From an uncultured Gammaproteobacteria bacterium (GTDB lineage: Bacteria; Patescibacteriota; Microgenomatia; UBA8517): a stretch of DNA of 64,000 nucleotides. The notes beneath the pieces were generated by a model. The model did not search any database. It was not told where the DNA came from and worked only from the letters and a program-made list of their open reading frames with translations. The stretch is from the NCBI GenBank assembly GCA_964431555.1, contig CAYSJW010000015.1:41573-105572 (forward strand), given 5' to 3'. This document shows positions 28,504 through 39,307 of the stretch, piece after piece; position 1 is the stretch's first letter; every line of letters begins with the position of its first letter. Made by a program: the position numbers and the translations under genes.

Positions 28504-29553
28504 TCAACGAGGTAAAGAAACCATAAATGTGGATCCCTTGCCAAGAGTACTGTTTACTTTGATTTCACCCTTGTGCAACATAACTATAGATTTTGCAATA
28601 GATAAACCAATCCCAAATCCGTCTATTTCTTTTTTCGACCTTGACGAATCGGCTCTGTAAAATCTATCAAAAATATGGGGAATATCCTTTTCGTCAATCC
28701 CGACTCCATGGTCAATAATCTTAAGACTAGCATTTTTACCATCTCCACCGACCAAGATTTCAATTTCACTTCCGGAAGGAGAGTACTTTATCGCATTATT
28801 TATAAGAATTGAAACTAACTCAACCAAACTTTGCGGGTTTCCCTTAACAATGACTTCTTTTAATTCTTTTTTAATCTTTATATTCTTAGCCTTGGCTTGG
28901 GCAATATTTCTTTCAATTGCCAGATTTACAACTTCCTTCAAATCAACCTCTTCCATCTTCAAATTACTTCCATTGGACTCATATCTTGAAAGCTCAAGTA
29001 AACTATCGGAAAAATATTTCATTTTATCAACCTCGGATAAATTACTCTTTAAAAGCTTTTTGGCTTCTTTCAAATTTAATTTTCTATCCCTAAGCGCCAC
29101 CTCAATTTCAGTTTTCATCGATGTCAGTGGAGTTCTAAATTCATGAGATGCATCAGCAACAAACTGCCTTTGCTTATCCAGCATAACTTCAATAGGTTGA
29201 AGTGTCTTACCCGCCAGAAAATAACTCGCCAATCCTGCAAAAAACAAAATTCCACCATTTATTATCATTAATTGTAAAGCAAAACGCCTCTTTGCTAGAT
29301 TAACTACATCAATAAACTCGGAAGGGGGAATTTCTTCTGGATAAATCATAAAGGGTAAAATTCTTTGATATCCCCAACGATCCCTTATTACAATTCCCTG
29401 CCTTATTTGAGGATTTGCTTGCATCCGAAAACCCCTTCCTATTTCTTTGGTGAAACCGCGATAAACCAAGACACTAAAAAAGGCACTAACAGCCATAATA
29501 ATTAGCAAATACCAAAGCGTTAATTTAATACGAGCATTCTTAAACATAAACAA
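28504..29553 (-). CDS. Sensor histidine kinase
   Basis: Two TMs; FVADASHEFRTPL, NAIKYS, DHGVGI, IFDRFYR, GFGIGLSI. Confidence 0.96.
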   Translation of the reverse strand: MFMFKNARIKLTLWYLLIIMAVSAFFSVLVYRGFTKEIGRGFRMQANPQIRQGIVIRDRWGYQRILPFMIYPEEIPPSEFIDVVNLAKRRFALQLMIINGGILFFAGLASYFLAGKTLQPIEVMLDKQRQFVADASHEFRTPLTSMKTEIEVALRDRKLNLKEAKKLLKSNLSEVDKMKYFSDSLLELSRYESNGSNLKMEEVDLKEVVNLAIERNIAQAKAKNIKIKKELKEVIVKGNPQSLVELVSILINNAIKYSPSGSEIEILVGGDGKNASLKIIDHGVGIDEKDIPHIFDRFYRADSSRSKKEIDGFGIGLSIAKSIVMLHKGEIKVNSTLGKGSTFMVSLPR

Positions 29554-29581
29554 TTTCAGCCGTTTCTACATTCTAATTTAA

Positions 29582-30259
29582 CTAACTTTCCCCTATCCGG
29601 TAACCAAATCCTCTTATCGTCTGAATCAGGGGTTTTCTTTTTGGAAACGCACCATCTATCTTTTTTCTCAAATAACCAATATAAACCTCAACCGTGTTTG
29701 GCAGAACATCCGAATCGTAATTCCAAACATGCGCAATTATCTGATCCTTACTTATAATCCTACCTTTATTTCTAATTAAATACTCCAAAAGTGAAAATTC
29801 TTTTCTGGAAAGAACTATTTCTTTTATGCCTCTTTTTACTTGAAAGTTCACCGGGTCTAATTCTAAATCTTCAACTTTTAATTTATTCCCAAGCTGTTCC
29901 ACAGGCCGTCTGATCAAGGCTCTCACTCTCGCTAAAAGCTCTTCAAAGGCAAATGGCTTAACCAGATAATCATCTGCACCTTTATTCAAACCTTCCACTT
30001 TATCAGAAATAGACCCCTTGGCCGTGAGTATAAGAATAGGTGTAAAAACTTTCTCCTTACGAAGTTTTTCACAAATTTCCAAGCCGTCCATACCAGGTAA
30101 CATCAAATCTAAAATGATCAAATCATACTCTTCAGATGACGCCATATCGTAACCTTCTATCCCATCATAAACAACATCAACAGTAAAATTTTCTTGTTCT
30201 AATCCTCTTTTAATGGAATTTGCAATTTTATATTCGTCTTCAACTACCAAAACTCTCAT
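29582..30259 (-). CDS. OmpR-family response regulator
   Basis: VLVVEDE, LDLMLPGMDG, GADDYLVKPF, winged helix ending TIRGFGY. Confidence 0.97.
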   Translation of the reverse strand: MRVLVVEDEYKIANSIKRGLEQENFTVDVVYDGIEGYDMASSEEYDLIILDLMLPGMDGLEICEKLRKEKVFTPILILTAKGSISDKVEGLNKGADDYLVKPFAFEELLARVRALIRRPVEQLGNKLKVEDLELDPVNFQVKRGIKEIVLSRKEFSLLEYLIRNKGRIISKDQIIAHVWNYDSDVLPNTVEVYIGYLRKKIDGAFPKRKPLIQTIRGFGYRIGES

Positions 30260-30278
30260 ATAGTCTTAATTAACACCT

Positions 30279-30309
30279 ATTATACTCAAGAAGCTGAATA
30301 ACAACTGAA
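30279..30309 (-). promoter_or_regulatory. OmpR-type direct repeat plus -10 box (autoregulation)
   Basis: TTCAG-N6-TTCAG, 9 nt, TATAAT on the minus strand. Confidence 0.5.
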
Positions 30310-30311
30310 AA

Positions 30312-30911
30312 TTAAGGGTAGCAGTTAGGCCAGATATCCTTTATCCCTCTTGAAATAATAAAAGCCGCTGTTTGAACAGATTCTTCTGCGTTAAATCGCA
30401 AGTCCAAATTAGTCTCCTCCCCCATCAAAGTTCGATTGTTTACCCAAGAAGAGCGCCCAAATTGAAAAAGCCCAGCGTACGGTCCATTTAAAGCAAATTG
30501 ATTAAATCCTGATTCACAAACTGCTATATGCCTTAAAACATTAGGGTCAACAGAATATTGCGACGCAAATCTTTCAATAAACCCATGAATTTCTTCCTGG
30601 GAATACTTAGGTTGAGTAATTTCTATAGTTTCATAAGGTTCCTTAGTTTTAAAAATTGTAGGTGTAGAAACTAATAAAGTTGGTGATAAAGAAACTTGAA
30701 CTACCGTTGGACTTGGCGTAACTAGCAAATTTCCAACCGAAGTTTGAATAACTTTTTCAGGAGGTGAAAGAGTGGAAAAAGGAGTTGGTGTAAAAAGAGA
30801 AAATGAACTCAATACTTTAAAGCTACTCGGACTAGTCAAAATCCTCCAAATCAGCAAAACCAAGTCAACTAAAAAAATAAGATAAAGAATTTTAAGCAAA
30901 ATTGATCTCAT
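30312..30911 (-). CDS. Membrane-anchored lytic transglycosylase (SLT/Rpf-like) with P/T/S linker
   Basis: IAVCESGFN...AGLFQF...W..C; probable start ATG 30911. Confidence 0.85.
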   Translation of the reverse strand: MRSILLKILYLIFLVDLVLLIWRILTSPSSFKVLSSFSLFTPTPFSTLSPPEKVIQTSVGNLLVTPSPTVVQVSLSPTLLVSTPTIFKTKEPYETIEITQPKYSQEEIHGFIERFASQYSVDPNVLRHIAVCESGFNQFALNGPYAGLFQFGRSSWVNNRTLMGEETNLDLRFNAEESVQTAAFIISRGIKDIWPNCYP

Positions 30912-30919
30912 TAAATTTC

Positions 30920-31243
30920 TTACCAAATTACGGCGGTTGAAAGAAAAGCAATTAAAAAAATAATCATAAGCCATACAGCTGTTGATAAAACCAAATTAAC
31001 CGCTTCCTTTTTATTACCATCTAAAAAAATATTATATGGCCGGTAAAAGACTAAAAGAGCACAAACTAAAGCTGAAACCACAAAAAGGATTAAAACAAGC
31101 ACAGGTCCCAAATAAGAAGCATTTCCTATCCACAAATCCCCCTTCCAAAAAATCAATCCAACTAAAAGGCAATATAATGTCAGTGAGAACGCCTGGAGAA
31201 AGCCGTCCCTTCTGAAAAGATTTTCAAACTTTACTATACTCAT
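30920..31243 (-). CDS. Small three-TM membrane protein
   Basis: Three hydrophobic segments. Confidence 0.75.
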   Translation of the reverse strand: MSIVKFENLFRRDGFLQAFSLTLYCLLVGLIFWKGDLWIGNASYLGPVLVLILFVVSALVCALLVFYRPYNIFLDGNKKEAVNLVLSTAVWLMIIFLIAFLSTAVIW

Positions 31244-31303
31244 TATATGTATTATAAAGCATTAAGGCTATCAAACTATCTATAACAAAGGAGGTGATAA
31301 AAA

Positions 31304-31684
31304 ATGAGTGGTTTTTTTGTAAAAATTGAAGAAAAAACACTAAAGAACAATTACTTTAGAAAAGTAATATTTACAGGCAAACATTCGCAGCTTGTTCTGA
31401 TGAGCCTAAAGAAAGGTGAAGAAATCGGCTCCGAAGTTCATAAAACTGTAGATCAGTTTTTCAGGATAGAAAAGGGTGAAGCAAAGGTGGTTGCAGGCAA
31501 TATAACAAAAAAAGTGAGAGAAGATGAAGCTTTTGTAATCCCAGCAGGGACAAAGCACAATGTAATAAACACAGGCAAAAAAGAACTGAAGCTTTATACA
31601 ATTTACTCACCAGCTAATCATCCTGATAAAACAATACACAAAACAAAAAAGGAAGCTGAAAAATACGAAGAAAGCCATCATTAA
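31304..31684 (+). CDS. Cupin-domain protein
   Basis: QLVLMSL..GEEIGSEVH..DQFFRIEKG, IPAGTKHNVIN, LYTIYSPANH; perfect extended SD. Confidence 0.92.
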   Translation: MSGFFVKIEEKTLKNNYFRKVIFTGKHSQLVLMSLKKGEEIGSEVHKTVDQFFRIEKGEAKVVAGNITKKVREDEAFVIPAGTKHNVINTGKKELKLYTIYSPANHPDKTIHKTKKEAEKYEESHH

Positions 31685-31698
31685 AGTATTTTGCGAAA

Positions 31699-31983
31699 TC
31701 AAGGTATTCTGCCAAAAATACGACGAAGTTCTATCTTGGCTTTTTCAAGAATCTCTTTTTGTTTTGGATTTAGCTTTTTTCCTGCTCTATTGATATAAAA
31801 ATTCAACATACTCATTGCTGAGGCAAATGGAGGTGCTTTTCTTCTTATGGAATTTTCAGCCGAATTTTTAAGCGAAATAGCTATTTTTCTAGGATCATCC
31901 CAGGTAAAAACTCCTTCCTCAAGATCTAAAGCAAACGATGATTTCGTAACCCTTTCCGACCAATTATTCTTTTTTTTCGACAT
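31699..31983 (-). CDS. DUF3175-like protein
   Basis: WSERVT..S.ALDLEEGVFT, SAMSMLNFYINRAGK. Confidence 0.85.
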   Translation of the reverse strand: MSKKKNNWSERVTKSSFALDLEEGVFTWDDPRKIAISLKNSAENSIRRKAPPFASAMSMLNFYINRAGKKLNPKQKEILEKAKIELRRIFGRIP

Positions 31984-32012
31984 AGGAAGCAATAAAATTG
32001 TATACTAATTAA

Positions 32013-32351
32013 ATGGTCAAATACAAAGAATATGTCCAAAAAATGCTTTCCGAAAACCGGAAGCTTTTTGACGATTTCAGAATAATTCACGATAAGTACG
32101 CTCTTAATTCAGACGGACTACAGGAAGAGTTTAATAAAAAAGGAGAGAAGATTTTAGAAATTATAAGAGAATACGAAAACAAGCTATGCGCAAACACTGA
32201 AAGAGGTGTTTATAATAAATTCTCAGGAAATTTAGCTCAAAAATTCCAAGATGAAATTAGAAAAATTTTCCCCATGATCGATTATATTGGTTTAAAAACA
32301 GAAAAAGCGGAAAAAAACTTCTTTTCAATTAAAAGAATAAAACTGGATTAA
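32013..32351 (+). CDS. Hypothetical protein
   Basis: 112-aa helical ORF with -10 box directly upstream. Confidence 0.75.
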   Translation: MVKYKEYVQKMLSENRKLFDDFRIIHDKYALNSDGLQEEFNKKGEKILEIIREYENKLCANTERGVYNKFSGNLAQKFQDEIRKIFPMIDYIGLKTEKAEKNFFSIKRIKLD

Positions 32352-32944
32352 AACTTAATATCCCAGTCAAGAGAAGGAGGATTTAAACCACTTTCCCTAA
32401 GATTCAAATTATTTAATTCTCTATCCAGAATTTTCAAATTTTCATCGATTTCAATAACCTGAGGATCTTTATTATAAACTGACGGATTATATGGATTATA
32501 CGGAATAACACTTGGTTGAGGAGTAGGAGTATTTGGTAAAAAAACTCCTTCTTTTTTGAGTCTCCTCACAAAACCTAAAGCCATATAAAGCAAAATCAAT
32601 ACCATAACAAAGACAATAAAGATCTTTAAAATTAATCTAATAAACTTTTTATCAACCAAAGGGCTAATCTCCTTTCTAGCACTTCCCGCAAGTGAAACAC
32701 CCTTTCTTAAATAGGGATTTACAAACACCACCATTTTCTCAAAAAGACTTTTCAAAAATAATTTTGCCCTTCTAACATCACTTGCAACGCTATCCTCTTC
32801 AATTTCAATTTGATTAATCTCTTTACTATTTTCTTTCTCTTCACTTTGAGTCTTCACTTCGGTTTCAATAACATCCCTTTTACCTATAAGGGAGTAAAAC
32901 CATTTTTTAATAGGATTGATAGATCTAGGTTTATTTTCAGCCAT
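32348..32944 (-). CDS. Hypothetical single-TM protein
   Basis: Central TM then PTPTP linker. Confidence 0.75.
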   Translation of the reverse strand: MAENKPRSINPIKKWFYSLIGKRDVIETEVKTQSEEKENSKEINQIEIEEDSVASDVRRAKLFLKSLFEKMVVFVNPYLRKGVSLAGSARKEISPLVDKKFIRLILKIFIVFVMVLILLYMALGFVRRLKKEGVFLPNTPTPQPSVIPYNPYNPSVYNKDPQVIEIDENLKILDRELNNLNLRESGLNPPSLDWDIKF

Positions 32945-32954
32945 AAAATATTTG

Positions 32955-33818
32955 CTATTTAGTTCTAATTTGCTTAATTATTTCTTTCAAAAAATTAGAC
33001 GCCTCTTTCATATAAAGCTGTGATTCAGAAAGTTTAGAAAGAACCGAGTTATACAAATTCAAGCCTACTATTTTTTTTTGATAATTTCCTCTAATAATTT
33101 TTTCCACTTCATCTTGCTTTTCTTTACTTCTATCTATTTTTCCCTCGGCTTCAAACATCCACCTGTCCAAAAGTTCAATTTTCGAAGTATCAAAGGCATA
33201 CTCGGGTCTTTCTTCATTACGGATACTTTCAAATTTATTTTTGCTAGCCCTAAAAATTTTCTCCAACCTAACACTTAAATGACTCACTTTACCCTGCGAC
33301 AAAACCGACATTACCTCATATATCAATGAATTGAGTTGACTCCACCTATCGGCGGCAAACTTTGAATCCCTAACCAAATCTTCCAAAGACCCGGCTGACG
33401 AGAGATTTTCTTTATGATTTGAAAACCAACTTATTTCATTATCAATTTCTAGAAACAACTCATTTTTTCTCTCATCGGCCAAACCAACTCCCTTTAGCAG
33501 ACTAGCTTTAAGAACCTTAAGATAAGCAATTACAACCTCGTCTCTATTCTTTAGCATACTCAAGGTTGCATCAAAAGCGTCTTTTCTTGACTTCAAAGTT
33601 TGAAATCTAAGAAATTGAGCTCTTTTGAGAATATACTCATCGTGCGCTTTCTTATACTCCTCATTCGCTCCCAAGTAAGCTTCGTAAATATCTTCAAAGG
33701 TTTCTTCTTCATAATCATCCAAACCAATCTCATTCACCGATTGAGAATATGAAACTTTAAAAAAAACTGCAAAACAAAATATCACCAAAATCGATAAATA
33801 GAAGCATTTCTTTAGCAT
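32955..33818 (-). CDS. Hypothetical secreted coiled-coil protein
   Basis: Signal peptide, long helical content. Confidence 0.75.
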   Translation of the reverse strand: MLKKCFYLSILVIFCFAVFFKVSYSQSVNEIGLDDYEEETFEDIYEAYLGANEEYKKAHDEYILKRAQFLRFQTLKSRKDAFDATLSMLKNRDEVVIAYLKVLKASLLKGVGLADERKNELFLEIDNEISWFSNHKENLSSAGSLEDLVRDSKFAADRWSQLNSLIYEVMSVLSQGKVSHLSVRLEKIFRASKNKFESIRNEERPEYAFDTSKIELLDRWMFEAEGKIDRSKEKQDEVEKIIRGNYQKKIVGLNLYNSVLSKLSESQLYMKEASNFLKEIIKQIRTK

Positions 33819-33852
33819 GATACTAATTTTAAGTTAACACCTTTTGAGGTCA

Positions 33853-35262
33853 TTAGGCAAGCTTCTTCACTCTTATACCGTTAGGAGAATCCTCAATTTT
33901 ATAGCCCTTTTTCTCAATCTCGCTTCTTATCTCATCGGCTTTCTCAAAATTCTTTAAATTTCGATATTTTTCCCTTTCATCAATCATCTTTCTAATATCA
34001 TCAGGGATCACAAAACAATTCTCCTCACTTATATTCATCAAACCTAAACCCAAAACTTCATCAAACATCACACTCATATCGTACTTATCTTCAGAAGGAA
34101 CATTACTCTTCAAAACCCCCCAAAGTATAGAAAGCGCCCTGGAAACATTAAGATCATCTGAAAGAGATTCAAGAAAATCATTCCTAAAATCATTTAATTT
34201 TCCCTCTTTTTCTTGAGATAAAACCGTTCTGTTGATCTGTAATTTAACCGCTAAAATTTGCTCTTTAAGTTTTTCCAAAGACTTTTGAGCACCGTCCAAA
34301 GCCTCCCATGAAAAATCCAACCCCTTTTTATAATTGGAGTTCAGAAATAAATAACGCAAAGCCAAAGGATCAAAACCCCTTTCCCTTACATCTGAAACCG
34401 TAATCATATTACCCAAACTTTTGCTCAATTTTTCTCCCCTAAAAGTAAGCCAATCATTGTGCAACCAATAATTCGCTGTATGATGACCGAAAGCTCCATA
34501 ACCCTGAGCGATTTCGTTTGTATGATGTACAGAAATATGCTCTTTTCCGCCTGTGTGAATATCAAACCTTTCTCCCAAATATTTAACAGACATTGCCGTA
34601 CACTCAATGTGCCAGCCGGGAAAACCTCTTCCCCACGGGCTATCCCACTGCATAACGTGATTCGGCTGATTGGTAACCCAAAGTAAAAAATCCCAGGGGC
34701 TTCTTTTTTCAGGATCAACCTCAACCCTCACCCCCATTTTTTGATCTTTCAAAGAAAGTCTTGCAAATTTAGGGTAATCGGGGAACTTTGACGTGTCAAA
34801 AACTAACCCAGTCTTAGTTTTATATGCAAATCCATTTTTTTCAATTAACTTAATTAATTCAATCTGATCATCTATATGCTCAGTTGCTCTACACAAAACA
34901 TCGGGTCTTTTGATATTCAAAGCATCGATACTTTCTAAAAATTGGGTAATATATTTATCTGCAATCTGCCAAACACTTAAACCTTCCCTTTTGGCTCCCT
35001 TTTCCATCTTATCTTCTCCAGTATCTTCATCTGAAGTCATATGACCAACATCTGTTATATTCATTACCCACTTAACTTCATAGCCAAGAAACCTTAAAAA
35101 TCTAACCAAAATATCCCAATGAACATATGCATACATATGACCAATATGCTGATTCCAATAAACAGTCGGACCACAGGAATAAATCCCAACTTTTTTATCC
35201 TTAACCGGAATAAACTTTTCTTTCTTGCGGTTTAATGTGTTTGTCAAATATAAATCAGTCAT
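33853..35262 (-). CDS. cysS: Cysteine-tRNA ligase
   Basis: [35 protein letters not shown]. Confidence 0.98.
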   Translation of the reverse strand: MTDLYLTNTLNRKKEKFIPVKDKKVGIYSCGPTVYWNQHIGHMYAYVHWDILVRFLRFLGYEVKWVMNITDVGHMTSDEDTGEDKMEKGAKREGLSVWQIADKYITQFLESIDALNIKRPDVLCRATEHIDDQIELIKLIEKNGFAYKTKTGLVFDTSKFPDYPKFARLSLKDQKMGVRVEVDPEKRSPWDFLLWVTNQPNHVMQWDSPWGRGFPGWHIECTAMSVKYLGERFDIHTGGKEHISVHHTNEIAQGYGAFGHHTANYWLHNDWLTFRGEKLSKSLGNMITVSDVRERGFDPLALRYLFLNSNYKKGLDFSWEALDGAQKSLEKLKEQILAVKLQINRTVLSQEKEGKLNDFRNDFLESLSDDLNVSRALSILWGVLKSNVPSEDKYDMSVMFDEVLGLGLMNISEENCFVIPDDIRKMIDEREKYRNLKNFEKADEIRSEIEKKGYKIEDSPNGIRVKKLA

Positions 35263-35297
35263 AAAAGAGCAATATTAATCTAAAAAAAACTTAAATA

Positions 35298-35747
35298 TCA
35301 GCCGGAAATCTGTTTTCCCATCTCCTTTGTGCCCTGCTTTTTTTTAACAAATCCCAAAAATCCTCTCTTTTTCCTTGAAGGTGGCTCAATAAATGGCTGT
35401 TCTTGGGGTTCTTCAACCTTCATAACTTCCTCTTGTTGCTTTCTCCACTCCTCTTCCCTCATTTTTCTTTCCTCTCTTATTTTTCTTATCTCCTCTTCCA
35501 ATTCTTTCAGTCTTCTATTGGTTTGCGCTTTTAGGGCTTCCTCGTCTATTGACCCCAGAGACAAATTCTCTCCACCTTCAACAATCTTGGAAAGGGCGGT
35601 TTTTTGTTTTTCTCCTTTCATACCCCCCTCCCCAACAGCTGAAGGGACAACATTTTTAATTATTTCATACGGTTCACGAGCCACTTGCTTAGCGATTTTT
35701 TTCGCTTCATCTACTGCCGTTTTGCTACTAGATTTCAGAAAATTCAT
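35298..35747 (-). CDS. Hypothetical charged protein
   Basis: 149 aa, starts immediately after the recR stop. Confidence 0.7.
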   Translation of the reverse strand: MNFLKSSSKTAVDEAKKIAKQVAREPYEIIKNVVPSAVGEGGMKGEKQKTALSKIVEGGENLSLGSIDEEALKAQTNRRLKELEEEIRKIREERKMREEEWRKQQEEVMKVEEPQEQPFIEPPSRKKRGFLGFVKKKQGTKEMGKQISG

Positions 35748-35748
35748 A

Positions 35749-36360
35749 CTAAAAATTCCTTCTCCCTTCTATTGCCTCTCTTAAAGTCACCTCATCAGCA
35801 TATTCTAAATCAGCTCCGGTTGGAATTCCCATACCAAGCCTGGTAACTACCGGCGTTTTGCCGTTAGTTGAAACTTCCTTTATTTTTTTAGACAAGTACA
35901 TTGCAGTCGCATCGCCTTCCATGGTAGGATTTGTTGCAATTATTACTTCTTTAATACTGCCCTCTGAAATCCTTTCCAAAAGTTCTTTAACGAAAATTTC
36001 ATCAGGTCCGATATTATCCAAGGGATTAATAGCACCGTGCAAAACATGATAGACCCCTTTATATCTTGAAGTTCGCTCTATAGCCAAAAGATCCAATGGC
36101 TGCTCCACGACCATAACTGTTGTTTTATCTCTCCCCGAATCAGAACAAAACGGGCAGGGATCATTTTCAGCTACATTTTTGCATATCGAACAAAAAACTG
36201 TTTTCTTTTTTAAATTGGACAAAGAACTAGCAAAGTTATCAAGTTCGACTTGAGGTACATGAAGAAGATAAAATGTCAATCTTTGAGCCGTTTTGGGTCC
36301 AATGCCAGGAAGTTTATTAAAAGATTCAATAAGATTTTGGATAGCTCTGGGAATTTTCAT
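35749..36360 (-). CDS. recR: Recombination protein RecR
   Basis: LPGIGPKTAQR, C4 zinc finger, YHVLHG, ATNPTMEGDATA. Confidence 0.97.
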   Translation of the reverse strand: MKIPRAIQNLIESFNKLPGIGPKTAQRLTFYLLHVPQVELDNFASSLSNLKKKTVFCSICKNVAENDPCPFCSDSGRDKTTVMVVEQPLDLLAIERTSRYKGVYHVLHGAINPLDNIGPDEIFVKELLERISEGSIKEVIIATNPTMEGDATAMYLSKKIKEVSTNGKTPVVTRLGMGIPTGADLEYADEVTLREAIEGRRNF

Positions 36361-36483
36361 AATTCATATTATATTAAATTTTCCAAATAAAAATATCCAG
36401 CCGATAAATAAAATTTTTATCCTAGAAATAAAATGTAAAAATAAATAAACATCAAAGAAAATTTTAACCAAGAAGAAAAATTT

Positions 36484-36771
36484 TTATTGCCCCATTCCGC
36501 CAAGAAGCCCGCCTAAACCTCCTCCTTGTTCCATCATTTTCCTGGCAGCCTTTTTCTGAACCTCTTTCATCGCTTTATTTATTACCTTGACTATCTTCTC
36601 CTGGCTTTCCCCATCAATTTCCAAACTAATCAGATTCTGCGTTCCATTGACCAAGACCTTAATACCTCCTTCTTCCTCCATGTGGGTTATTTGTTCCATC
36701 TCCTCCTGAAGCTTTTTTGCCTGTTGGCGAAGCTTAAGTAACTGTTGGCCTTGTCTTAATTTGTCGAACAT
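36484..36771 (-). CDS. ybaB: YbaB/EbfC nucleoid-associated protein
   Basis: QQAKKLQEEM...GGIKVLVNG; lies between dnaX and recR. Confidence 0.88.
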   Translation of the reverse strand: MFDKLRQGQQLLKLRQQAKKLQEEMEQITHMEEEGGIKVLVNGTQNLISLEIDGESQEKIVKVINKAMKEVQKKAARKMMEQGGGLGGLLGGMGQ

Positions 36772-36821
36772 AGTTTCAAGTCAAAATACAAAAACTAATA
36801 TAGCTTTTATCCAAAGATAAT

Positions 36822-38396
36822 TCAACTGCCAAAAATTTCCTTTGCGATTCTTACTATTTCTTCATCATCACTCTCGGTCAAAACCGTCTCGTCTTCGACT
36901 GATACTTTATCATCACTTCCCAAATTAGATTTCTCATTTTGAAGAGAATTCCTTAAGGGTGGTTGCGTTAATTTACAAACTACTCTAAGCGACTCACCGG
37001 TAACATTTTGTAAAACCTTTTCCATCACATTTCTGTGTGGCTGGGTTTCTAGTTTTTCCTTGTGAAATTTGTAATAAACCCCCAAGGTTAGAGTTTTACT
37101 ATCGCAGGACAGAGGTCTAGCTGCCCTAAGAAGCGCTTCAGTGGAAGTGTTGTTACGCTTAATTTCCTCAAGAATTTTTTTCCAAACATTTTCATCCATC
37201 TTTGCTCTTATGTCAAAATCCCCAGAAGAGATATCTTTTTTATCCCCCTCTTCACTTTTACTGTCTTTATCATCTTTAGAACTCTTTAGGGAATCACTCT
37301 TTTCCCTCCTCTTAACTGATTTTAGGCTTTGACTATCTAAAACCTTTGAACCTGAATTGTGAGTTTTATTAGCAAACCATTCGGAAATAGCAAGTTCCAG
37401 AGGTATTTGTTCCAAAACTGCATAGGGTACTTCGGCGTATGATTTAGAGACTAGTTCGATAAGCTCGATAACCTCCCCTTTGGAAAGCGAATTTTTATCC
37501 TCCCCTTCAATTCCCACTTTGGCGAATAAAATTTTCCTCAAAGAAGAAAGTATCGAAAGGGTAATATTTTTAATTGAAGCACCATTTTCAACCGCCTTTT
37601 CTAATTCAAAATAGGCTTCTTTTTCACTACCGGAAATAAGTATCTCCACAAATTTATCAGGGTCAAAAACATTTCTTTTAAATAAGTATTCTTCAACTGA
37701 TTTTTTTTCCAACTTTATGCCGCTAATAACCAATTCCTCTAAAATTTTTGCAGCATCCCTAAAGGAACCATCCGAAGAGGCAGCAACAACTCCCAATGTT
37801 TCTTTGTCTATATCCAAATTTTCGCCTTCTGCAACTCTTAAAAGAGACCTCACAATTTCCTCCCTACTCGCCTTTTTAAAGGGAACGCTCACGGTTCTGG
37901 ATCTTATCGTTTCTATCAATTTTTCAGGATTTGTTGTAGCTAAGATAAAAATCACATGATCTGGAGGCTCCTCAAGAGTTTTTAGCAAAGCATTTGAGGC
38001 TTCATTGGTAAGCATATGTGCTTCGTCGATGATATAAACTTTCTTCTTTGCGCTCGAAGGTGCAAGCTTCACCGCATCTCTAAGCACCCTTATATCATCT
38101 ATTCCTCTGTGACTGGCAGCATCAATTTCGATAATATCCAAATTATCCCCTCTATCAATACTCAAACAAACCGAGCATTTATTACAAGGCTCCTTTAAAG
38201 TTTTATTAAGATTCTCACAATTTACAATTTTTGCCAATATTCTCGCTGCAGAAGTTTTTCCACTTCCTTTTGGGCCTGAAAAAAGAAAAGCGTGGGGAAT
38301 ATTCCCGGACTTAACAATGTTTTTAAGAAGTTGGCGTACTTGAGCCAGATCAAGTTCTTCAATTAATTTTGGACGATATTTGAGATAAAAAGTCAT
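36822..38396 (-). CDS. dnaX: DNA polymerase III subunit gamma/tau
   Basis: YLKYRP, GPKGSGKTS, EIDAASHRGID, IIDEAHML, NALLKTLEEPP. Confidence 0.97.
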   Translation of the reverse strand: MTFYLKYRPKLIEELDLAQVRQLLKNIVKSGNIPHAFLFSGPKGSGKTSAARILAKIVNCENLNKTLKEPCNKCSVCLSIDRGDNLDIIEIDAASHRGIDDIRVLRDAVKLAPSSAKKKVYIIDEAHMLTNEASNALLKTLEEPPDHVIFILATTNPEKLIETIRSRTVSVPFKKASREEIVRSLLRVAEGENLDIDKETLGVVAASSDGSFRDAAKILEELVISGIKLEKKSVEEYLFKRNVFDPDKFVEILISGSEKEAYFELEKAVENGASIKNITLSILSSLRKILFAKVGIEGEDKNSLSKGEVIELIELVSKSYAEVPYAVLEQIPLELAISEWFANKTHNSGSKVLDSQSLKSVKRREKSDSLKSSKDDKDSKSEEGDKKDISSGDFDIRAKMDENVWKKILEEIKRNNTSTEALLRAARPLSCDSKTLTLGVYYKFHKEKLETQPHRNVMEKVLQNVTGESLRVVCKLTQPPLRNSLQNEKSNLGSDDKVSVEDETVLTESDDEEIVRIAKEIFGS

Positions 38397-38421
38397 AACA
38401 ATAATTTAACTTTATTTTATT

Positions 38422-38811
38422 CTACTCATGGTGTTTTCCCAAAAGATGTTCAGCCCCATGCATAACCAGTTCCAACACCTTTTCATCTATAAGTTTACCT
38501 TCCTTGTTTGCCTGTCTTACCACCTCGGGATAGCAAATAATAATCTCACCCAGAGGAAGAGGTAAATTTTCGGGATACTTAAAATCCCCTCTAATTTCGG
38601 ACTCGCTAAAAGAAAGAACACTGTGTAAAGAATTTTGTTCCCCAAGGTATTTTTTGGAAATATCCTTCATTGATTTCTCTCCAACAAATGAAACATTGAT
38701 ATAAAAATCCGAAACCAATCCCTGATTCTTCAGAAAATTTTTAAGTTCTCTCTTTATAGAAGCCGCTTTAACTGGGTAATTTAGCTGTTTTTTAACATAG
38801 ACTCTAATCAT
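38422..38811 (-). CDS. ybeY: rRNA maturation endoribonuclease YbeY
   Basis: VLSF, LGEIIIC, HGAEHLLGKHH. Confidence 0.9.
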   Translation of the reverse strand: MIRVYVKKQLNYPVKAASIKRELKNFLKNQGLVSDFYINVSFVGEKSMKDISKKYLGEQNSLHSVLSFSESEIRGDFKYPENLPLPLGEIIICYPEVVRQANKEGKLIDEKVLELVMHGAEHLLGKHHE

Positions 38812-38836
38812 GGATGAAACTTAAGGAATTAAAAAA

Positions 38837-39307
38837 TTAAACTAATTTAGATTTGACTATTTCCGCAACTCTTCTCCCCTCAACCGAACCTTTGGCTTTT
38901 TTTATCACCTCCCCTATAACCCTTCCCATATCCTTAATACTTTTTGCTCCGAGATTAATTAATACCTCGTCTACGAGCTTTTCCAATTCTTTATCATCCA
39001 TCTCTGAGGGCAAAAACTCCTTAAGAATACCCAGTTCAGTTTCTTCTTGCTCAAGCCTTTTTTTTAAAGTTTCCGGATCGGATGTAGAACCTTTTTCTTG
39101 AGCCTTTTTAAGAAAATCTATTGCTTCAAGCCTTTTTTTTATCTCTCTTCTTACAACAGTTATTTCTTCTTGCTCATTCAATTCATGCTGTTTTGCAATC
39201 CTTTCGTAATTTAAAGAAGAGGACAATAATCTTAATGTTGAAAGTCTTATTTGATTTCTAGCTTTTATTGCTTCTTTTATCCCCTGATTTAACGATTGCA
39301 ATATCAT
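38837..39307 (-). CDS. GatB/YqeY domain protein
   Basis: EAIKARNQIRLSTLRLL, EIKKRLEA, EFLP, KDMGRVI. Confidence 0.92.
   Translation of the reverse strand: MILQSLNQGIKEAIKARNQIRLSTLRLLSSSLNYERIAKQHELNEQEEITVVRREIKKRLEAIDFLKKAQEKGSTSDPETLKKRLEQEETELGILKEFLPSEMDDKELEKLVDEVLINLGAKSIKDMGRVIGEVIKKAKGSVEGRRVAEIVKSKLV

Noticed and set aside
35329-35784. Antisense or alternate-frame ORFs (e.g. 35329+, 46652-, 52325-, 52362-, 59706+, 34425-)
   Set aside because: Shadows of well-supported genes with no motifs of their own.
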